Positions 11,322 through 23,300 of a stretch of DNA of 64,000 nt are shown piece after piece. The notes below the pieces were generated by a model. That model was given only the letters and a program-made list of their open reading frames with translations. It ran no database searches and was not told the origin of the DNA. Positions within the stretch are counted from its first letter, which is position 1. Every line of letters starts with the position of its first letter. Location of the stretch: positions 434,001 to 498,000 of the forward strand of contig NIVC01000180.1 in assembly GCA_002269645.1 (NCBI GenBank). Direction: 5' to 3'. Made by a program: the position numbers and the translations under genes. Source of the DNA: Macrostomum lignano. Lineage: Eukaryota.

Positions 11322-13032
11322 ATGTGGGATCTGCAGACCCGTCTGCTGCTGTTGACCCTGCTGGTCGCGGTGCCCGCCCAGCTGCTGCTGTCGCGCTTCA
11401 TGGCGCCGTCAAGCGATCAGGAGCGTCGGGACGCCATCCAGCGGTTGATGGACACCATGTCCAGCTTTCTGTCAGGCCCGGCCAGCTGGCCGAAATTCGA
11501 CTGGAGCTGGCTGCTCAGCTTCACCGGCCTTGGTGGCGACGGCGGCGCAGACGAAGCAGCCCTGTCCGAAGGCGAGAGCCCCGCCGAGGAGGTGGCGAAG
11601 GCGCTGGACCCTGCGGGCCGCGGCTGGTACGCCGGCTCCCTGCGGCCGAGGCAGAGGCGGCCCGCTGGTCTCTCGTACAGAGTCGGCCAGGTTTGTGGCC
11701 CAAATATTGCTTGAGTCCATTGTTTGACATTTTGTCTGATTATATGTCAGTTCAATGGACACATCCACCCCATGTCAGAGTGTCAGCTCCCCATCCACCC
11801 CATGTCAGAGTGTCAGCTCCCCATCCACCCTATGTCAGACTGTCAGCTCCCCATCCACCCAATGTCAGACTGTCAGGTCCCCCACTCCCCAATGTCAGAC
11901 TGTCAGCTCCCCATCCACCCAATGTCAGACTGTCAGCTCCCCATCCACCCAATGTCAGACTGTCAGCTCCCCATCCACCCAATGTCAGACTGTCAGGTCC
12001 CCATCCACCCAATGTCAGACTGTCAGCTCCCCATCCACCCAATGTCAGACTGTCAGGTCCCCATCCACCCAATGTCAGACTGTCAGCTCCCCATCCACCC
12101 AATGTCAGAATGTCAGGTCCCCATCCACCCAATGTCAGACTGTCAGCTCCCCATCCACCCAATGTCAGACTGTCAGGTCCCCATCCACCCAATGTCAGAC
12201 TGTCAGCTCCCCATCCACCCCATGTCAGACTGTCAGCTCCCCATCCACCCAATGTCAGACTGTCAGGTCCCCACTCCCCAATATCAGACTGTAAGCTCCC
12301 CCACTCGCCAATGTCAGACTGTCAGGTCCCCCACTCCCCAATGTCAGACTGTCAGGTCCCCACTCCCCAATGTCAGACTGTCAGCTCCCCATCCACCGCA
12401 TGTCACTGTCAGCTCCCCATCCACCCAATGTCAGACTGTCACGTCCCCACTCCCCAATGTCAGACTGTCAGCTCCCCATCCACCGCATGTCACTGTCAGC
12501 TCCCCATCCACCCAATGTCAGACTGTCAGGTCCCCACTCCCCAGTGTCAGACTGTCAGGTCCCCACTCCCCAGTGTCAGACTGTCAGGTCCCCACTCCCC
12601 AATGTCAGACTGTCAGGTCCCCACTCCCTAATGTCAGACTGTCAGGACCCCACTCCCTAATGTCAGATTGTCAGCCACTCCCGCTTCGGCTACCGCTGCG
12701 TCGTCATCGGCTGGGACGCGGAGGCTGCAGCTCCAGAGTCCTTCGTGCGCCGCACCAGGCCGCAGTCCCGCGACCCCGCGGCTTCTCCAAGCTCCGGCAA
12801 GGTGGGGAGTTCGAGCTCCGCTGAGGCCGCACCGGACCCCTGGTACCTGGTGCTGCTGGATGACCGGGATGGCGCACCTGGGCGGGTTGCCTACCTGCCT
12901 CAGGCGAGCCTGGCGTTCGACCGGCTGCCATCCAAGCTGGTGAACTCCCATCTGGCGGACTATTTTGCCGACTTCGACGGAGCCCAGTACCTGCCCAGGC
13001 CCTGGCTGAAGCGGATCTATCCACTGGACTGA
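11322..13032 (+). CDS. Signal peptide/anchor plus YccV/HspQ-like (hemimethylated DNA-binding, FBXO21 C-terminal-like) domain protein; exons 11322-11690, 12667-13032
   Basis: The spliced product reads YRVGQ|[17 protein letters not shown]...[10 protein letters not shown]...VAYLPQASL...[27 protein letters not shown], the YccV-like pattern (F/Y)xVGQxxxHxxxGYRxVxxGWD. The N-terminus is hydrophobic ([17 protein letters not shown]). Confidence 0.82.
11755..12676. repeat. 30/29-bp minisatellite ccatccacccaatgtcagactgtcagctcc filling the YccV-gene intron
   Basis: Exact 30-bp period, changing to 29 bp near the acceptor. Confidence 0.95.
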
Positions 13033-13332
13033 AGCTCTCCCGTGCTTATCTCTGATCTCTTTGAGTCAGCGTCTGTGTTTTTGCTCTTTGTTTCTGTGCC
13101 AAGTGTAAGTTTTGCTTGTTTCCCGTTGCCTTTTTCTCTGGCCTGCGTTGGCTGCAATTATTGGTGATAGTAGCTTCACTAAGACTGCAATAGCTGTGTA
13201 CATAAATATAGAGATAAACCACTTAACATAGAACTCTTAAGTTCTGAAGTTAATGTATCGGTCTTAAAAATCGTCTTCGTTAATTAAAGTCTTCATCAAT
13301 TCCAGAGTCTAATATTCAGGTCCTCGGACTGG

Positions 13333-13795
13333 GCCACCCTCCCAGATCCTCAGTTGCTGAGCCAGCCTCCCAGATCCTCAGTTGCTGAGCCAGCCTCCCA
13401 GATCCTCAGTTGCTGAGCCAGCCTCCCAGATCCTCAGTTGCTGGACCAGCCTCCCAGATCCTCAGTTGCTGGACCAGCCTCTCAGATCCTCAGATGCTGG
13501 GCCAGCCTCCCAGAGTGTCAAATGCTGGGCCAGCCTCCTAGAGTGTCAAATGCTAGGCCAGCCTCCCAGAGTGTCAAATGCTAGGCCAGCCTCCCAGATC
13601 CTCAGTTGCTGAGCCAGCCTCCCAGATCCTCAGTTGCTGGACCAGCCTCCCAGATTCTCAGTTGCTGGGCCAGCCTCCCAGAGTGTCAGTTGCTGGGCCA
13701 GCCTCCCAGATCCTCAGTTGCTGGATCAGCCAGCCTCCCAGATCCTCAGTTGCTGGATTAGCCAGCCTCCCAGAGTGTCAGTTGCTGGGCAGCCT
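13333..13795. repeat. Second block of the 28-bp ccagcctcccagatcctcagttgctg minisatellite
   Basis: Same unit as 8695-10490. Confidence 0.92.
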
Positions 13796-13820
13796 CATCA
13801 GCCCCGGTACCAATCCGCAG

Positions 13821-15734
13821 GCGGACTCCTGGAGCCCCTATCGCCGAGAGTGGGCAGGCCCTGGAGCAGGGGGAGGGCCGGATCTCCTGACAGTGTGCAC
13901 CTACAACATCCTCAATGAAAAGTTCGTCCACCTTGCTGGCTACGAGTACTGCTCACCCGAGCTCAAAACTTCGGCATTTCGTTGGCGACGAATCGTGGCC
14001 GAGCTGGCCGAGTTCCAGGCGGACCTGGTCGGCTTCCAGGTGCCAAAGTTAATTCCTGCTCACATTGGTTTCCGCCTCTGTCTAACGCATAGAAATGTAC
14101 ATTAGATAAGCACACAAGACAGAGGATACTCGTGGAATGTACATACATTTATGACCAGGTAGTCAGGCATGCACACTGTGTCAAGAAGATAATGTGAAGC
14201 AAATTTCTTACAGAATTTCGAACATTTGCATCCTCAGGTGAGGTCCTGGCTCAGCGGTAAGGGCCATAGTTGACACCGAATAACGAATCAGAAGTAATCC
14301 GAATCTCCACTTTCAGACGCAGCCAGAGGCTCACACTGGCTCTTTAGGTGTGAATCAGCTGGGACAGGGTCTAGGCCTAGGCCCATTCAGGAAGTCACTC
14401 TTTATTGTGGAATCGAACCTGAGACCTTTATGGCCCGAGAGCCGAGTTGCTGGGTCGCCCCTCGATATAGCAAATGAACTTTCTAATTCGATGAAGAATT
14501 GTCGAGTTTAACTAAACTTTGTATGTTACAAGTTGCCTCAAACCTCTCGAATCCCAGGAGGTGAACTATGAAGCCATGGCGGCCACCGACACCTGCGACC
14601 GCTTGAAGGCGATGGGCTACCGATGCGTGAGCTCGCCCATTGAGTCATCCGTGGCGCTGCTCACAATCTACCGGCCTGAGCGGCTCACTGTGCTCGAGTC
14701 CCGGACCGCCTTGCTGCACGTGCTGGCCGCCGACTTGCCGGGGTTCAGGGCTGACGCGCTGCCCGAGCTCAGCGCAGGTAAGAATTGAGAAATGGCCTCT
14801 AATTCCCTCTGAGAATCGGCCTCTAATTCCCTCTGAGAATAGGCCTCTAATTCCCTCTGAGAATCGGCCTCTAATTCCCTCTGAGAATAGGCCTCTACTT
14901 CCCTCTGAGAATCAGACTAATTCCCTCTGAGAATAGGCCTCTAATACCCTCTGAGAACCGGCCTCTAATACCCTCTGAGAATAGGCCTCTAATTCCCTCT
15001 GAGAATAGGCCTCTAATTCCCTCTGAGAACCGGCCTCTAATTCCCTCTGAGTATCGGCCTCTAATTCCCCCTGAGAATCGGCCTCTAATTCCCCCTGAGA
15101 ATCGGCCTCTAATTCCCCCTAGAACTTCCTCTAAATTCCAGGCGGCTACTCCGCCCAGCTGACGGCCTTCAGGCAGCCCGGCGACTCCCCGGTGCTGGTG
15201 GCAGCCAACCTGCACGCCCGCTGGGAGAACTTCGCTAAGCCGGCTGTCAAGCGGCTGCAGCTGCTCGCCGTGTGGCGGGCCGCGGTTGCCATGGCAACTA
15301 GTCACGCCGGTCTCTGCGGCCGGCCCGGCCCCGTACTGCTGCTGGGCGACTTCAACTCGCGCCCGTTGGACTCGCCCTACGCCATGCTGAGCGGCCGCCG
15401 TGCCGAAGTGGGCGACGCGGACGAGGCCGACGAGTCGCCCGAATGCGTCAAGCAGTTCGCCGCTGCCGCTGCCGCCGGCTGCTCCGGCCAGCTCAGCCAG
15501 CCGCTGCTCAGCGTCTACGCGACCGTCACCGGCGGGGAGCCGCCCAGCACCAGCCACTGCGTTGATATCGACGGCGAGTCCTTCGGCTGCCTTGACTACG
15601 TCTGGCTGGGCGGCCACGGCCTGCGGCCGGCCGCTGCGCTGCTGCTGCCGCCGCCTGAGCTGGTGAAGAACTTGCCGGATGAGCGATTCCCGTCTGATCA
15701 CCTGCCTGTGGCTGTGCGGCTGGCACCCTGCTGA
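13821..15734 (+). CDS. EEP-superfamily exonuclease/phosphatase, CCR4/Angel/PDE12/nocturnin-like; exons 13821-14039, 14558-14777, 15142-15734; start exon not located
   Basis: Catalytic motifs occur in order: TYNIL, FQ|EV, NLH, GDFNS, LDYVW, FPSDHLP. Intron phases (0, 1) are consistent. Confidence 0.85.
14795..15125. repeat. 24-bp minisatellite ggcctctaattccctctgagaat(c/a), EEP intron
   Basis: Direct periodicity. Confidence 0.9.
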
Positions 15735-16022
15735 TTCCCGTCTGATCACCTGCCTGTGGCTGTGCGGCTGGCACCCTGCTGATTCCCGTCTGATCACCTG
15801 CCTGTGGCTGTGCGGCTGGCACCCTGCTGATTCCCATCTGATCACCTGCCTGTGGCTGTGCGGCTGGCACCCTGCTGATTCCCATCTGATCACCTGCCTG
15901 TGGCTGTGCGGCTGGCACCCTGCTGATTCCCGTCTGATCACCTGCCTGTGGTTGTGCGGCTGGCACCCTGCTGATTCCCATCTGATCACCTGCCTGTGGC
16001 TGTGCGGCTGGCACCCTGTTTA
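15687..16022 (+). repeat. 48-bp tandem repeat of the last 15 codons plus stop of the EEP gene (7 copies)
   Basis: Unit ttcccgtctgatcacctgcctgtggctgtgcggctggcaccctgctga = FPSDHLPVAVRLAPC*. Confidence 0.95.
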
Positions 16023-16034
16023 TGAGCTGCTGGC

Positions 16035-16128
16035 TTTGTCTGTCTGTCTGTCTGTCTGCCTGTCTGTATGTCTGTCTGCCTGTCTGTCTGACTGTCTGTC
16101 TTAGTGTCTGTCTGTCTGTCTGTCTGCC

Positions 16129-16169
<41 letters not shown>

Positions 16170-16424
16170 GCCTGTCTGTATGTCTGTCTGTCTCTCTGTC
16201 TGTCTGTCTGACTGTCTGTCTTAGTGTCTGTCTGTCTGTCTGTCTGCCTGTCTGTATGTCTGTCTGTCTGTCTTTTTGTCTGTCTGTCTGTCTCTCTGTC
16301 TGTATGTCTGTCTGTCTCTCTGTCTGTCTGTCTGTCTCTCTGTCTGTATGTCTGTCTGTCTCTCTGTCTGTCTGTCTGTCTGACTGTCTGTCTTAGTGTC
16401 TGTCTGTCTGTCTGCCTGTCTGTA

Positions 16425-16469
<45 letters not shown>

Positions 16470-16480
16470 GCCTGTCTGTA

Positions 16481-16550
<70 letters not shown>
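16035..16550. repeat. (CTGT)n microsatellite
   Basis: Direct. Confidence 0.95.
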
Positions 16551-17549
16551 GCTGTCGATCCGCCTTTGCCAATCGCTTTTGTTAAGCTTCAAGCAGAAAA
16601 ATGAACGGAAGGCATTTCTTTTAATTTATATTTTGTCATCTGTCTGCTTTTTATGAAACTTCTCCGACTACTTTGCCATTCGTGTGCGCTGCTCAAACAG
16701 ATATTTAGCATGAGTTGTTGCAGTTTAGTAGTTGTGTTTTGTTCATTGATTTTTGCACAATAGACGATTGCTGTACGCTTTCCGTTGGATACTGGAAATC
16801 CGAAAAACAATACATGCAGGCCCTTCACAGCCAAATGAAGTGTCTTCATTATTTAAGCAAGAGATGATTTGTTAATAGAAGTGTGAACTTGAGCTATCTG
16901 CAGTCAAAATATGAGCCCGCGACTTCTCCAGAGCATGCTAAATGCGCTGTCAATATACTCCAGATATGCCTTTCTTGCCGGCATTCAGCTCATTTCTTTA
17001 GACACTGAGTGCAGCTTCCTACAGCAGTTGTCCATGCCGCGTACACCACATTGAGAGCGAGCTGCATTCGCGAGTTATTTCCGACGGCAGGACAAAGTTC
17101 AAGTAATATACATGTAGAGGAGCATTTCTGCAGGACCCCACAGCGGACTGTAGCTGTAGGGGACCGCAGAGGCTGTCAACCACCCTTTGTGAGCCGTCAT
17201 TTTTCCCTGATGATCGGGATTGAGCCTACTGTATACCAGCTAGGGGTCCTTTTTGGCTGTGGTTTGCGAAAATAGCAGCATGCGAGACTACTAAGAGTAC
17301 TCGTAGCATGAGGGCTCTCACCAATGCTTCATTGCCCGAGGCCCGACCGAGGATCATTATGCTGCTGGCTGCTGATGCTGATGAGGCATAGACTGATGCT
17401 TCAGGCAGATTATTTCTGCGGGCTTGAAGAATCGAGATTAAAGGACTACAGACTCTGTTGTATTCCTTCAAAAGCAAATGCGGAATTCTCCCTTGCAGCA
17501 TCCCTTCATCCCTTGCTGCATCCCTTCCCTGCAGCAAATGCATGAGCAT

Positions 17550-18555
17550 CCCTTCCCTACTCTACCCTTCCCTACTCTACCCTTCCCTACTCTACCCTTC
17601 CCTACTCTACCCTTCCCTACTCTATCCTCCCTACTCTACCCTCCCTACTCTACCCTTCCCTACTCTACCCTTCCCTACTCTACCCTTCCCTACTCTACCC
17701 TTCCCTACTCTATCCTCCCTACTCTATCCTCCCTACTCTACCCTTCCCTACTCTACCCTTCCCTACTCTACCCTTCCCTACTCTATCCTCCCTACTCTAC
17801 CCTTCCCTACTCTACCCTTCCCTACTCTATCCTCCCTACTCTACCCTCCCCTACTCTACCCTCCCTACTCTACCCTTCCCTACTCTACCCTTCCCTACTC
17901 TACCCTTCCCTACTATACCCTTCCCTACTCTACCCTTCCCTACTCTACCCTTCCCTACTCTATCCTCCCTACTCTACCCTTCCCTACTCTACCCTCCCTA
18001 CTCTACCCTTCCCTACTCTACCCTTCCCTACTCTACCCTTCCCTACTCTATCCTCCCTACTCTACCCTTCCCTACTCTACCCTTCCCTACTCTATCCTCC
18101 CTACTCTACCCCTCCCTACTCTACCCTTCCCTACTCTATCCTTCCCTACTCTACCCTTCCCTACTCTACCCTCCCTACTCTACCCTTCCCTACTCTACCC
18201 TTCCCTACTCTACCCTTCCCTACTCTATCCTCCCTACTCTACCCTTCCCTACTCTACCCTCCCTGCTCTAACCTTCCTTAGTTCTCCCTTCCCTAGTCCT
18301 CCCTTCCCTACTGCTCCCTTCCCTACTGCTCCCTTCCCTACTCCTCCCTTCCCTAGTCCTCCCTTCCCTAGTCCTCCCTTCCCTAGTCCTCCCTTCCCTA
18401 GTCCTCCCTTCCCTAGTCCTCCCTTCCCTACTGCTCCCTTCCCTACTCCTCCCTTCCCTAGTCCTCCCTTCCCTAGTCCTCCCTTCCCTAGTCCTTCCTT
18501 CCCTAGTCCTTCCTTCCCTACTCCTCCCTTCCCTAGTCCTTCCTTCCCTACTCCC
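17550..18555. repeat. Pyrimidine-rich ~15-bp minisatellite (ccttccctactctac, then ccttccctagtcctc)
   Basis: Direct; two sub-arrays. Confidence 0.92.
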
Positions 18556-19114
18556 CCAGGCTGATCTCTGATCTTTGGTGCGGATAAGAAGCTGGAGCAC
18601 AAGGGCTATCCATGCAGTGACATTGCTGGAGCCTTCGCGACCGCAGTGGCTGCCCTCGAAGGTAACGGAGGTTCTGACTTGCTAGACGCAGAGCACGGGG
18701 CTTGTTGAGGACAAATTTCGGAAACCGGCAGGCAGGAAGACGAACAAATTTGAAGCTCAAGGAGTCCAAGGGATTTTATTATTATCAGTAAAATTTAGCA
18801 TCTTTCTAACGAAATTCGCTCTGTCTACCGAAATCCACGCTTTGTGCATAACGGGCGGGTGCTGCAGCGCTGGCAGCAGGTCATCGGTGCGCCAGAAGCC
18901 AGCAGGCGAGGAGGCAAGTTATTTGAAATGGTCATTATAGTTTAGTTGGGAATCATCTCTTTCCGTTGCAAAGTCTCAATAAGTCTTGCTGATATAAACA
19001 AGCCTTATTAAAACAAAAAAGAGCTTTAAGGCTATACTTTAGGCACAGAAAATAGCTTTTGTAGTTCGGAATTATAAATAAGCGAGTAGAAGCCTTTATT
19101 TATTAGGCTTTCAA

Positions 19115-19855
19115 GTTCTCCCTGCCAGCTATGACCAAATTCATGCATGCTCTCCCTGCCAGCTATGACCAAATTCATGCATGCTCTCCCTGCCAGCTAT
19201 GACCAAATTCATGCATGCTCTCCCTGCCAGCTATGACCAAACTCATGCATGCTCTCCCTGCCAGCTATGACCAAACTCATGCATGCTCTCCCTGCCAGCT
19301 ATGACCAAACTCATGCATGCTCTCCCTGCCAGCTATGACCAAACTCATGCATGCTCTCCCTGCCAGCTATGACCAAACTCATGCATGCTCTTCCTGCCAG
19401 CTATGACCAAACTCATGCACACTCTCCCTGCCAGCTATGACCAAACTCATGCACGCTCTCCCTGCCAGCTATGGCAAAACTCATGCATGCTCTCCCTGCC
19501 AGCTATGACCAAACTCATGCATGCTCTCCCTGCCAGCTATGACCAAACTAATGCACGCTCTCCCTGCCAGCTATGGCAAAACTCATGCATGCTCTCCCTG
19601 ACCTGCGAGCTATGACCAAACTCATGCATGTTCTCCCTGCCCTGCGAGCTATGACCAAACTCATGCATGTTCTCCCTGCCCTGCGAGCTATGACCAAACT
19701 CATGCATGTTCTCCCTGCCCTGCGAGCTATGACCAAACTCATGCATGTTCTCCCTGCCCTGCCAGCTATGACCAAACTCATGCATGTTCTCCCTGCCCTG
19801 CGAGCTATGACCAAACTCATGCATGTTCTCCCTGCCCTGCCAGCTATGACCACAT
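19115..19855. repeat. 34-bp then 39-bp minisatellite (ccagctatgaccaaactcatgcatgctctccctg)
   Basis: Direct periodicity, with a unit-length switch near 19600. Confidence 0.92.
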
Positions 19856-20373
19856 AACCAGATGCAGGCTTTGTTTGTTGTTCGCAAGTTTACTTTATTC
19901 TGTCACTGCATGCCTTATACGCTGTGCAATTTCTAACCGCAGTTGCAGTGCCGGATTAAGCAACACAGTCCGAGCGGTGACACTCAGTGTCAGCAGACAC
20001 TGTAGCGGTAAGATCCGGGATGCACCGTTCGAGTGTCTGCGAACAGGGCAGACGCAGGCAGGCTGTGTTGGTTATTGTTGTCAGCTGCTGCAATTATAGA
20101 ACCCCCCCCCCAAATTTCGAATCTGGGATGCTGCAGGAGAGCGAGACTACTTGAGACCCGCTGTCTGAGGCAGCTGCACTTCTGTCTGTCCTTCTGCCCT
20201 GCCCGCCACACTGGCCAATGCACATTCGGGTGCTTAAATCGTAATTAAGGCGCATGCAAACTGAACTTCTGGCCAGCAGGAGAGCGAAATAAAATCCGTG
20301 CGCTTCCCCGCCTTAACCGACTGCAGCCAGCATCGGCTTTGCAACTTTTGAGAAGCTTTGACTGAGCAGCGAA

Positions 20374-23300
20374 ATGCTGCGGACACTGAGCTGCAGAAAT
20401 ACCCGGGCCCTGCTGCTGCTGGCTCTCTGGGCAGTCAGATGCCCTACGGGTAAGATCTTTTACCTACCTACCTACCTACCTTACCCACCTACCTACCTAA
20501 TTACCTGCAATACCAACCAACCTAAATGCCTACCTACCTACCTACCTACCTACCTACCTACCTACCTACCTACCTACCCTCCCAACTATCCTGCTACCTA
20601 TTTACTTTACTTACCTATCTATCTACCTAATCTACCTACCTTTCTACTTACCTATCTACTTACCTATCTATCTACCTATCTACTTACCTATCTACCTACC
20701 TTTCTACTTACCTATCTACTTACCTATCTATCTACCTATCTACTTACCTATCTACCTACCTTTCTACTTACCTATCTACCTACCCATCTACTTACCTATC
20801 TACCTACCTTTCTACTTACCCATCTACTTACCTATCTACCTACCTTTCTACTTACCCATCTACTTACCTATCTACCTACCTAATCTACCTACCTATCTAC
20901 CTACCTATCTACCTACCTATCTATCTACCTACCTATCTACTTACCTATCTACCTACCTATCTACCTACCTATCTACCTACCTATCTACCTACCCATCTAC
21001 TTACCTATCTACCTACCTATCTACCTACCCATCTACTTACCTATCTACCTACCTATCTACCTACCTATCTACCTACCTATCTACCTACCTATCTACATAC
21101 CTATCTACCTACCAAACTACCTATCTAATCAAATGCGGATTTGAGTATCTTAACGAACAATAAAAACTGCACAGACAGTTCAGCTGCTCATTCTTCCCCT
21201 CAGCTGCTCAGTTGAGCAGTCTTGCACTTTTAACTTTCCGAGAACTTATTTTTAGCATCGAGCTCACAAATGAACTCAAAATTTGTCACCGCTAAAATAA
21301 AAATTCGCAGCAACTGGCCTGGCGGCCCCCTGCATTGCGGCTGGGCTGAGCCAGACCTACCTGGCAGACAAGCTCAACCCCAGGACGAGCGGCGACCTCA
21401 CAGTGCTGCTCAACATGCCGCACAACAGGGTTTACTGCTCTGCACTGGCTGCAAAGTGAGCCTTTTCTATCCCCCCGACTGCTTTGACTGCCATTGGCTC
21501 TAAAGCGCAAGCTGATGTCTACTTTAAGTAGCATACTAAACTTTAAAAAAATTCATTTTATCTAGATACCAGCAGACACTGAATAAGCAATTTAGCTAGA
21601 TTTTTTCTTTCTTTTTTATTTTTTGAGATTGAGATGATAAAATTTACAACACTGAAAACACTTGCAATTACACCTGTCAGACATTAATTACACCTGCTAG
21701 TCACTAATTACACCTGCTAGTCAGTAATTACACCTGTCAGACACCAATTACACCTGCTAGTCACTAATTACACCTGCTAGTCACTAATTACACCTGCTAG
21801 TCACTAATTACACCTGCTAGTCACTAATTACACCTGCTAGTCACTAATTACACCTGCTAGTAAATAATTACACCTGTCAGACACAAATTACACCTGCTAG
21901 TCACTAATTACACCTGCTAGTCACTAATTACACCTGCTAGTCACTAATTACACCTGCTAGTCACTGATAACCCCTGTCAGACACTGATAACCTTTGTCAG
22001 ACACTGATAACCCCTGTCAGACACTGATAACCCCTGTCAGACACTGATAACCCCTGTCAGACACTGATAACCCCTGTCAGACACTGATAACCCCTATCAG
22101 ACACTGATAACCCCTGTCAGACACTGATAACCCCTGTCAGACACTGATAACCCCTGTCAGACACTGATAACCCCTGTCAGACACTGATAACCCCTATCAG
22201 ACACTGATAACCCCTGTCAGACACTGATAACCCCTGTCAGACACTGATAACCCCTGTCAGACACTGATAACCCCTGTCAGACACTGATAACCCCTGTCAG
22301 ACACTGATAACCCCTGTCAGACACTGATAACCCCTGTCTAACACTAATAACCCCTGTCAGACACTGATAACCCCTGTCTAACACTAACAACCCCTGTTAA
22401 ACAATAACTGTAAAAAACAAAAATATGCTAGAAGATTTGCAGACCCACAAGACGCAGGCCTTAAGACGCTCCTTTTGAAATCAGAACAAATTGAAATTTC
22501 TTCTAAAAATAATAGGTTCCTCATCCTCGGAGTCTGGGCCGAGCGCCACCATCTCGAGCTCAACCAGCCGCAGCCCTTCAACGGCTCCGCCCACCCGGAT
22601 GCCGCCAGCCGCCCCTCCTGGCGAGTCGTCGACGTCACGGAGGTGTCGCGGATCGCCGAGTTCGACTTCCTGATGGACGAATCGCACGGACTAATAAAGG
22701 ACACCGAGTACTTTGTAGCCCTCAGCGGCTGCAGCTCCACGCAGTGCAGAACGGCTGGGTTCGCCAAGTTCACCGCCTGGCAACAAGGCGGGGGCAAACA
22801 AAATCTCGTTGTCATCATCGCGGGGAGCGGCGCAGCCGTGGCGGTGGCGGCCTGCGTCATTGCGGTCGGCGTCACGATGGGGGTTCGAATCCGGTAGGCT
22901 TCAGACAGTGGAGTGGTTTCAAGTGATGGGGCTGGAGTGATGAGGCTGGAGTGATGGGGCTGGAGTGATGAGGTTTGAGTGATGAGGCTGGAGTGATGAG
23001 GCTGGATGATGGGGCTGGATGATGGGGCTGGAGTAATGGGGCTGGAGTGATGAGGCTGGAGTGATGGGGCTGGAATGATGAGGTTTGAGTGATGAGGCTG
23101 GAGTGATGAGGCTGGATGATGGGGCTGGATGATGGGGCTGGAGTAATGGGGCTGGAGTGATGGGGCTGGAGTGATGAGGCTGGAGTGATGAGGCTTGAGT
23201 GATGGGGCTGGAGTGATGAGGCTGGAGTGATGGGGCTGGACTGATGGGGCTGGACTGATGGGGCTGGAGTGATGGGGCTGGACTGATGGGGCTGGAGTGA

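Noticed and set aside
11315-12824. 438-aa Pro/His-rich, 366-aa Cys-rich and Gly-Trp-rich ORFs
   Set aside because: Frames running through the 30-bp intron repeat; the spliced YccV-like product explains the unique flanks.
17226-17549. 107-aa minus-strand ORF and nearby GC-moderate sequence as a gene
   Set aside because: No recognisable motif, starts inside a repeat edge, and has no consistent splice partners.
17458-18602. Extensin-like (YPSLL / PFPT) and (GKGGL)n ORFs
   Set aside because: Products of pyrimidine-rich 15-bp repeats, open in several frames on both strands.
22895-22897. TAG directly after the TM exon as the true end of paralog A (and 48817-48819 for B)
   Set aside because: The TAG overlaps a GT donor (CG|gtaggc) conserved in both genes, and downstream phase-2 exons continue with a basic stop-transfer sequence. 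A short tailless isoform by intron retention cannot be excluded.
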